Source of the DNA: Gemmatimonadaceae bacterium
GTDB lineage: Bacteria; Gemmatimonadota; Gemmatimonadetes; Gemmatimonadales; Gemmatimonadaceae
Assembly (NCBI GenBank): GCA_044224875.1
Contig: JBGAJQ010000057.1
Location: 1 to 34,441 of the forward strand
DNA length: 34,441 bases
Reading direction: 5' to 3'
Shown here: piece by piece, positions 27,892 through 34,441 of the stretch
Position numbering within the stretch: the stretch's first letter is position 1
Layout of the letters: each line of letters begins with the position of its first letter
Notes under the pieces: model-generated
Databases searched by the model: none
Told to the model about the DNA's origin: nothing
What the model saw: the letters and a program-made list of their open reading frames with translations, nothing else
Translations under genes and position numbers: made by a program

Positions 27892-30485
27892 CGCAGGTCC
27901 GCGTCCTCGTTTGGCAGAGCTGGCAATGCGCTCGACGGAAAACGTCGGTCGCGGAAGAAGCGCGTCACCAAGGATCGAAGTTCACTGGCGTCGAACGGCT
28001 TCCACAACACCGTCGGTTGGTCAGTCTCCAGGAATTTCTGCGCCCGTTCCGTGGTGACGCCGCCGCACATGAAAATGAATCGCGACCGAAGTTCGGGCCG
28101 GAGTTGAATGGCGGACTCGTATACGTCGACTCCGCTGACCTCCGGCATCGTGATGTCGCAGAGCACGAGATCGTAGGACGAAACGCCACCTAGCGCGGAC
28201 AGGGCCGCGTGGCCGGAGTGAACGACGCTCGTGCGCCAATCGCTGAGCAATCGCTGCACCATGTCGGCAATGGCCGGCTCATCCTCCACGATGAGAATAT
28301 GCCCGCCCAACGATGGCTGGCGTCGCGGTGCATCGGCCATGTCAGCGACGGCGGGCGCCGGTAGCTCGCCGGTACGCGTCAGCTCCACCCGAAACGTGGA
28401 GCCCTTTCCCGGCACGCTTCGCACCGTAAGCGCACCGCCAAACTCGCCAATGATGCGGTGTGAGATGGCGAGTCCCAGTCCCGTGCCGCGTCCGCGCGGC
28501 TTGGTGGTGAAGAACGGATCGAAGACGTGACGTTGGACCTCGGGCGAGATGCCAACGCCGGAATCCTGGACTTCGATCCAAACGTGTCCGTCGTCCTCGC
28601 CGGTGAGCACCCGGATCTCATGGGCCTCGCGATTCCCTTCGGGAATGGCCTGCGCCGCGTTAGCGAGGAGATTGACGAGCACTTGCACCAGCTGCACCGC
28701 ATCGGCCAGCGCGGGACTGGACGCATGGTAGTGCCGCAGCAACCGCGCCCGGTGACGAACCTCCTGGTGCGTGAGCGCGATCGCCTGCTCGATCAACTCG
28801 TGGACGTCGACCGGCGCGACTGAGCGCGCGTCGACGCGCGTGAAGGTCTTGAGTGAGCGAACGATGGCCGTGACCCTGGCGACGCCCTCACGCGCCTGAT
28901 CAAGCGCGGCCTGCAATCCGGCGACATCCGAACTGGCGGCTCCCCCGCCCCGACGCATCTGGGCCAGCCCACGATCGATGTCATCCAGACTCCCCATAAC
29001 GTAGGTGAGCGGATTGTTGATCTCGTGGGCCACTCCGGCGGCGAGCGTGCCTAGCGATACCATGCGATCGGCAATGGCCATCTGGCGGTCGCGCTCCCGG
29101 CGGGCGGTCACGTCGCGCGCGATCACCACGACTTCGCGCCTTGCTGCGATCGGGACGATTCGCAGCTCGAACAGACGCGACGGACCATCGGCGTAGTCCA
29201 CCATCCGCTCCAAGCTTCGGACCTCGCCCGAGGCCAGCGCCTCACGAACCACCACCAGACCCTGTTCCAGGAAGTCGCGCGAGAGTCCGGGGATATCACC
29301 GACGAGTTCAGCCACCGGTCGCCCGCGCGTGTCGCGGAGTCGTTGAGCGGCACGCATGGCGCCACCAGCCTGGGCGTCGACGACCACACCCTGCTCGTCC
29401 AGGCGCACGATGAGGTCCGGAAGTCCGCTGACGAGGGCCTGCATCGTTTCCTCGCTGCGTTCCAGTTCCTCCTCGATGTGACGATGAGCCGTCAGATCCA
29501 ACGCGAAGAAGCCGCGTGCGGCCTCTCCCTCGAACGACACATTTGGCAGGCCCAAGGCCCCGATGTGCAATTCCCCACCGGATGCCGTGCGCATTCGCAC
29601 GTGCTCCAACTCCTGCCCCTCGTTCGATCGATCAAGGACAAACGCCATGAGCCGCAAACGATCGTCGGCGAGCACGATGGACTCGAACGACCGCCCCACT
29701 AACTCCGAGGCCGGCCACCCGAGTCGTTCGGCAAGCGACGGATTGGCGTACAGGATCCGCCCCTCGCGATGAATGGCCACCAACACGGGCAACGCATCCA
29801 ACACGGAGCGGAACGATCGCTCACTCGTGCGCAGGAGCTCATACGTCGACAACAGTTGCTGCTGCTGAAACGTCAGCTCGGCCTCGATGTCCGCTGCGGT
29901 GCGTGAGGCGCGCAGCAACCGCTGGAAGCGCGACTTGATTCCGAGCGGCGCTGGCGGTGTCACGAGAAACCGGGCGCGGCGATCCGTCAGCACCGTCGCG
30001 CTCACCACCGCGTCCGGATGCCGGACGAATCGCGGGACCGCGCGCAGGGCGCCCTCGTACATCAGCATAAAGGTGAGGCAGCCCTCGTAGCCGTCCTTCA
30101 CCTCAATGCCCAGCTCCAACCGTCCGTCTGGCAGCTCCGCGTACGTGAACCGATGGGCGCGATGCACGGATGGGCACAACCACCGAAACGCGATGCGGTA
30201 GATGTCGCGCGGCGACGAGAAGATGGTGGCGGCCGGACCCAGGTAGCCAGCGACCGTCGGGTTGATGGCGAACGCTCCGGAGTCGCGGATGCGATCGGCA
30301 GTGCCAAGCTGTTGTCCCGATCGTTCGCAGAGCTGGCGCCAGACATGCCACGGGACGCGGTTCGACGGCTTCTCCAGGAACTTTCGCGAGAGTGGGAGGT
30401 CCTCCAACAACGCGTCCACGTTCAACCAGCCGGCTTGCTCCGCCGCCTGGAAGTACGCGTAGACGCGACAGGAGACATCGCTCAT
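27888..30485 (-). CDS. cytoplasmic hybrid sensor histidine kinase (unknown N-terminal domain, 2 PAS, HisKA, HATPase, REC)
   Basis: GTLAAGVAHEINNPL, QVLVNLLANA, DSGVG, FDPFFTTK..GTGLGL, ILIVEDE..DLVLCDITMP..KPF; PAS signatures ILYANP and RDVTAR. Confidence 0.93.
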   Translation of the reverse strand: MSDVSCRVYAYFQAAEQAGWLNVDALLEDLPLSRKFLEKPSNRVPWHVWRQLCERSGQQLGTADRIRDSGAFAINPTVAGYLGPAATIFSSPRDIYRIAFRWLCPSVHRAHRFTYAELPDGRLELGIEVKDGYEGCLTFMLMYEGALRAVPRFVRHPDAVVSATVLTDRRARFLVTPPAPLGIKSRFQRLLRASRTAADIEAELTFQQQQLLSTYELLRTSERSFRSVLDALPVLVAIHREGRILYANPSLAERLGWPASELVGRSFESIVLADDRLRLMAFVLDRSNEGQELEHVRMRTASGGELHIGALGLPNVSFEGEAARGFFALDLTAHRHIEEELERSEETMQALVSGLPDLIVRLDEQGVVVDAQAGGAMRAAQRLRDTRGRPVAELVGDIPGLSRDFLEQGLVVVREALASGEVRSLERMVDYADGPSRLFELRIVPIAARREVVVIARDVTARRERDRQMAIADRMVSLGTLAAGVAHEINNPLTYVMGSLDDIDRGLAQMRRGGGAASSDVAGLQAALDQAREGVARVTAIVRSLKTFTRVDARSVAPVDVHELIEQAIALTHQEVRHRARLLRHYHASSPALADAVQLVQVLVNLLANAAQAIPEGNREAHEIRVLTGEDDGHVWIEVQDSGVGISPEVQRHVFDPFFTTKPRGRGTGLGLAISHRIIGEFGGALTVRSVPGKGSTFRVELTRTGELPAPAVADMADAPRRQPSLGGHILIVEDEPAIADMVQRLLSDWRTSVVHSGHAALSALGGVSSYDLVLCDITMPEVSGVDVYESAIQLRPELRSRFIFMCGGVTTERAQKFLETDQPTVLWKPFDASELRSLVTRFFRDRRFPSSALPALPNEDADLR

Positions 30486-30671
30486 GACGGCCGACTCCTG
30501 GACTTGCAGTGAGTGCTCGCGCGGACGGTTCCGTACCGCCCCGCCCTATACTCGGTGACCTGTCATGTAATCCGCAAGGCAGTGAAGCGCCTGACGCGGC
30601 GTCGGGCGTGCGCCCACAGAACGGCGGGCCTCCGATACATATATGTCCCGAAACCACTCTCGAGCAGGCCA

Positions 30672-31748
30672 ATGCCCACCCACATCGCGCGAGCGAACAT
30701 CCCGGCGCAGTTCTCTGCCCTCCGTCAGCTCGTGGGCAACACGCCCCTCCTCGCGATCCAACTTCGCTATCTGGGCGAGCTCCGGACGCTCTACGCCAAG
30801 GCAGAGAGCTTCAACATGACCGGGTCGATCAAGGACCGGATGGCCCTGCACGTACTGGAGCGTGCCTATGGGACCGGTGACTTGAAGCCCGGTGACCGAA
30901 TCGTGGAAGCGACCAGCGGAAACACGGGGATCTCGTTCGCCGCGCTGGGGAAGGCGTTAGGTCACGAGGTCACGATCTTCATGCCCGACTGGATGAGCCG
31001 TGAGCGGGTCGATCTCATTCGAAGCTTCGGCGCCGAGGTCCGTCCGGTATCGCGGGACGAGGGCGGATTCGTAGGGAGCATCCGCCTGACCGAGGAGCTG
31101 GCCGCTGCTGAGCCTAACGTGTTCCTTCCGCGACAGTTTGCCAACCCTGCCAACGTGGAAGCCCACGAGCGGCATACCGGTCCGGAAATCTGGGGGCAGC
31201 TCGAAACCATTGGATTGGAACCCAACGGCTTTGTCGCCGGCGTAGGAACTGGCGGGACGGTGATGGGTGTGGGGCGCTACCTGAGGTCGCGAGCGCCGGA
31301 AGTGCACGTACATCCGTTGGAGCCCATGGAGTCGCCGACGCTGACCACCGGGCGGAAGGTCGGACACCACCGAATCCAGGGGATCTCGGACGAATTCATT
31401 CCCGACATCGTGAAGCTCGACGAGTTGGACGACGTCATCACCGTGTCCGACGGCGACGCCATTCTCATGGCACAGCAACTCACGGCACGACTCGGCCTGG
31501 CCGTCGGCATCTCGTCAGGCGCGAACCTGCTCGGGGCGTTGATCGTGCAGAACCAGCTCGGCGCGACGAGTGTGGTGGCGACCGTCTTCTCCGACAGCAA
31601 CAAGAAGTACCTGAGCACCGACCTCCTGCGCGCAGAACCAGTCAAGCCCAGCTACCTGACGCCGGACGTGGAGTTGGTCGGATTCTCGGTGCTCGGGCGC
31701 AGCTGCGCTTATTGCCCCGCCGCGATCTCGTCGGTCATGGAGTGTTGA
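30672..31748 (+). CDS. PLP-dependent cysteine synthase family protein
   Basis: [19 protein letters not shown] (PLP Lys), [37 protein letters not shown]; start ATG 30672. Confidence 0.9.
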   Translation: MPTHIARANIPAQFSALRQLVGNTPLLAIQLRYLGELRTLYAKAESFNMTGSIKDRMALHVLERAYGTGDLKPGDRIVEATSGNTGISFAALGKALGHEVTIFMPDWMSRERVDLIRSFGAEVRPVSRDEGGFVGSIRLTEELAAAEPNVFLPRQFANPANVEAHERHTGPEIWGQLETIGLEPNGFVAGVGTGGTVMGVGRYLRSRAPEVHVHPLEPMESPTLTTGRKVGHHRIQGISDEFIPDIVKLDELDDVITVSDGDAILMAQQLTARLGLAVGISSGANLLGALIVQNQLGATSVVATVFSDSNKKYLSTDLLRAEPVKPSYLTPDVELVGFSVLGRSCAYCPAAISSVMEC

Positions 31749-31779
31749 AGTCAGGGGAACGAGCGCCATATTCAGCAGC

Positions 31780-32709
31780 ATGTCAATCGCTCGCTCCGTC
31801 CTCCTTCGCGCGTCCCGCAGCAAGTGGCTGGCGGAACGCTTCATGCGCCAGCCCTTCGCCCGGCGCGCCGTCAAGCGCTTCATGCCTGGCGAGGAACTGA
31901 ACGATGCGCTGAATGCGGCGGGAGACCTGAAGCGCATCGGTATCGGCACGCTGGTGACGCGACTGGGCGAGAGCCTCACCGGCGAGTCGCAGGCGGACGC
32001 GGTCAGGGACCACTATCTCGCGGCCTTTGACGAGATTCGTGCGAAGGGCCTTGGCACTCGCATTTCGGTCAAGCCAACGCAGCTCGGACTAGACCTTTCC
32101 TTCGACGCCTGCCTGCGCCACATGGACCGGTTGGCCGCCAAGGCCGTCGAGACGGGGAATGAACTGTGGATCGACATGGAGGACTCGAGCTATGTCGATC
32201 GTACGTTGGATCTTTACCGTCAGGTCAAGAGTCGCCACGCGCCCGTCGGGATCGCGATTCAGGCGTACCTCAAGCGAACACCCGCCGACGTCGAGTCGTT
32301 GCTGCCAGTAAAGCCGATCATTCGACTGGTGAAAGGCGCCTACGCCGAGCCACCGCACGTCGCCTTCCCGCAGAAGCGCGACGTGGACCTCGCCTACGTG
32401 GCGATTTCCGAACGACTACTCGAGTCCGCGGCCCGAGGGGCGGCGACGCCGGTGTTTGGCACGCACGATATGTCCATCCTCCGTCAGCTCAACTTACGGG
32501 CCGACGCGTTGAAGCTGCCACCGACGGCATACGAGATTCACATGCTCTTTGGAATTCGCGCCAGCGAGCAGCGACAATTGGTGGCGGAAGGACGGACCGT
32601 GAAATGCCTCATCAGCTACGGTGCCCAGTGGTTTCCATGGTACATGAGGCGCCTGGCCGAGCGTCCCGCCAATGTCGGCTTTGTGGTGCGCAGCATGTTC
32701 ATGAGTTAA
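31780..32709 (+). CDS. monofunctional proline dehydrogenase
   Basis: RFMPGE, LGE, ISVKPTQLG, IDME, QAYLKRT, RLVKGAY.E, GTHD, YG..WFPWYMRRLAERPAN. Confidence 0.93.
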   Translation: MSIARSVLLRASRSKWLAERFMRQPFARRAVKRFMPGEELNDALNAAGDLKRIGIGTLVTRLGESLTGESQADAVRDHYLAAFDEIRAKGLGTRISVKPTQLGLDLSFDACLRHMDRLAAKAVETGNELWIDMEDSSYVDRTLDLYRQVKSRHAPVGIAIQAYLKRTPADVESLLPVKPIIRLVKGAYAEPPHVAFPQKRDVDLAYVAISERLLESAARGAATPVFGTHDMSILRQLNLRADALKLPPTAYEIHMLFGIRASEQRQLVAEGRTVKCLISYGAQWFPWYMRRLAERPANVGFVVRSMFMS

Positions 32710-32786
32710 CTCGCCGGCCTGAGTCGGCCGGAACGGCACAATCATCCGGTGGGTGCCCGCCGCACCTTCCCTTGTGGAAGCGACAC

Positions 32787-33992
32787 ATGATCCCGAATCG
32801 GTCGAAGTGCATGGCGTGGGTGGTGTCGGCCCTGTCGGTGCTGGGCAGCGCGAGCGCCGGGCTGCGAGCGCAACAGCCGAAGGCCGCGGCAACACAAAGC
32901 GAAGCGCCGACAGCCCCAACCGCGACCTACTGGGTCTACGTGGGCGCTGAATCGGCGGACCTGATCCATCGCATCCGTTTTGGCCCGGGCGGCGCCACAG
33001 TGGAGAAGACGATCGAGGCGGGGGTGCAGCCAACCGAGACGGAGGGGCCCCACGGGCTGCAGATCTCGCGCGATGGCAAGTACCTGCACATTTCCACGGG
33101 ACACGGACAGCCGGACGGGATGTACTGGAAGTACGTGCTGGGGCCGGACACGTTGGTCGGCGATCCAATACCCCTCGGGATGTTCCCGGCGTCGTTGGAC
33201 GTGACGGCGGATGGCCGCTACGCGTTCGTGGTGAACTTCAACCTGCATGGCGAGATGGTGCCGTCCTCCGTGTCCGTGGTCTACACGCCCACCAACACGG
33301 AAGTCGCGCGGACCACCACCTGCGTCATGCCGCATGGTTCACGAATTCGCGCCGACGGCGCCAAGCAGTACTCGACGTGCATGATGAACGACCAGCTGGT
33401 GGAGATCGACACGCGATCGTTCAAGGTGTCCGGACGTTTTTCCGTGGCAAAGGGACAGGAGGGCCCGATCGCACCAGATCACGCGGGACACGACATGTCG
33501 GGCATCGACATGAAGGCCGACAGCGCCGGCCCGCACATGGCGCCGATGGTGGCAAGTTGTTCCCCCACGTGGGCACAACCGGCGGCGTCTGGAACGCGAG
33601 TGTATGTCGCGTGCAACAAGACGAACGAGATCCTGGAGATCGATGCCGCCACCTGGACCTTGTCGCGACGTTTCTCCACCGGTATCGGGCCGTATAACCT
33701 GGCGGTGACGCCGGACGGAAGGCTCCTGGTCGCGACGCTCAAGAAGGGGAGCGGGGTTCAGGTGTTTGACCTGTCGACTGGAGCGTCGGTCTACCAGGAC
33801 AAGACGAGCACGACCCTGGCACACGGCGTGGTGATCTCGCCGGACTCGCGTTACGCCTTCGTCAGCGCCGAGGGCGTGGGGGCGCAACCTGGGAAAGTGG
33901 ACGTGTTTGACCTCCGCGCATATCGGAAGGTCGGGTCGGTGGACGTCGGCCAGCAGGCAAGCGGCATTGCGTTCTGGAAGATGGAGCCGTAG
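32787..33992 (+). CDS. secreted YVTN/YncE-type beta-propeller protein
   Basis: Signal peptide (..AGLRAQQ), repeated PHG...S.DG / TPDG / SPDS blades; start ATG 32787. Confidence 0.82.
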   Translation: MIPNRSKCMAWVVSALSVLGSASAGLRAQQPKAAATQSEAPTAPTATYWVYVGAESADLIHRIRFGPGGATVEKTIEAGVQPTETEGPHGLQISRDGKYLHISTGHGQPDGMYWKYVLGPDTLVGDPIPLGMFPASLDVTADGRYAFVVNFNLHGEMVPSSVSVVYTPTNTEVARTTTCVMPHGSRIRADGAKQYSTCMMNDQLVEIDTRSFKVSGRFSVAKGQEGPIAPDHAGHDMSGIDMKADSAGPHMAPMVASCSPTWAQPAASGTRVYVACNKTNEILEIDAATWTLSRRFSTGIGPYNLAVTPDGRLLVATLKKGSGVQVFDLSTGASVYQDKTSTTLAHGVVISPDSRYAFVSAEGVGAQPGKVDVFDLRAYRKVGSVDVGQQASGIAFWKMEP

Positions 33993-34011
33993 GCCCGATA
34001 CGGCCCGTCAC

Positions 34012-34045
34012 CACCAGGGCAGCGCCTGCGCGCGCCGCCCTGGTG
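34012..34045. terminator. hairpin between convergent genes, possible terminator
   Basis: CACCAGGGC.../...GCCCTGGTG stem; no clear U-tract. Confidence 0.4.
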
Positions 34046-34059
34046 CCCCACTTCGCTGA

Positions 34060-34441
34060 CTACAGGTTTGGCTGAGGCGTCTCGCGAAGGTACGGCTTCT
34101 TGGCCACAAAGCCCTTCGGGAACTTTGTCCCCGCATCGGCATCGCTCACCGCACTGCTGATGATGACCTTGTCGCCCTGCTTCCAATCCGCGGGCGTGGA
34201 CACCTGGTAGTTCGCCGTCAGCTGCAGCGAATCGATCACACGAAGGAGTTCATCGAAATTGCGTCCGGTGCTGGCCGGGTACGTGAGGGTGAGCTTCACC
34301 TTGTCGTCCGGGCCGACGATGAACACCGAGCGCACCGTCATGGTGTCGGCGGCATTCGGGTGAATCATGTCGTACAGGTCGGACACCTTGCGATCGGAGT
34401 CGCCAATCATCGGAAAGTTCACGTGGTGACCTGTCACATCG
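34060..34441 (-). CDS. 1-Cys peroxiredoxin (Prx6 type), 5' end outside the window
   Basis: FPMIGD.DRKVS.LYDMIHP, TVRSVFI, YPASTGRNFDE.LRVIDSLQ, TPADW. Confidence 0.92.
   Translation of the reverse strand, partial: DVTGHHVNFPMIGDSDRKVSDLYDMIHPNAADTMTVRSVFIVGPDDKVKLTLTYPASTGRNFDELLRVIDSLQLTANYQVSTPADWKQGDKVIISSAVSDADAGTKFPKGFVAKKPYLRETPQPNL

Noticed and set aside
32166..32786. N-terminal extension of the 608-aa ORF, and similar extensions on zwf, marR, NRAMP, osmC and the cysteine synthase
   Set aside because: These overlap neighbouring genes or intergenic DNA and have low-complexity Arg-rich translations; downstream starts fit the family N-termini or RBS better

Overview
A GC-rich bacterial chromosomal segment. 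Gene content and style suggest Gemmatimonadota (inference). I see about 30 CDS and two CAT-anticodon tRNAs (elongator Met and initiator fMet), with no integrase, transposase, CRISPR array or rRNA. Left to right: a lipoprotein subtilisin, a large BNR/VPS10-type beta-propeller protein, a sugar module (GH15 glucoamylase, pgl, gnd-zwf-ROK/polyphosphate glucokinase), an NRAMP-like transporter, a Tat-exported Gfo/Idh/MocA oxidoreductase, tRNA-Met, two pilin-like genes, tRNA-fMet, a housekeeping run (Minf_1886-like, Zn-ribbon, nnr, thiL, plsC-like, eno, ftsB), a CocE/NonD hydrolase, a frameshifted DUF1028 gene, a MarR/glyoxalase pair, OsmC, a C39-like/TPR protein, a PAS hybrid histidine kinase, a cysteine-synthase-family enzyme, proline dehydrogenase, a YVTN propeller and a truncated 1-Cys peroxiredoxin. 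The most striking signal not explained by the genes is a dispersed heptamer, CCTAACG/CGTTAGG. I count 23 exact copies by eye, in both orientations and all reading frames, often forcing rare TTA/CTA/AGG codons. It behaves like a DNA-level signal (uptake-sequence-like or a highly iterated motif).
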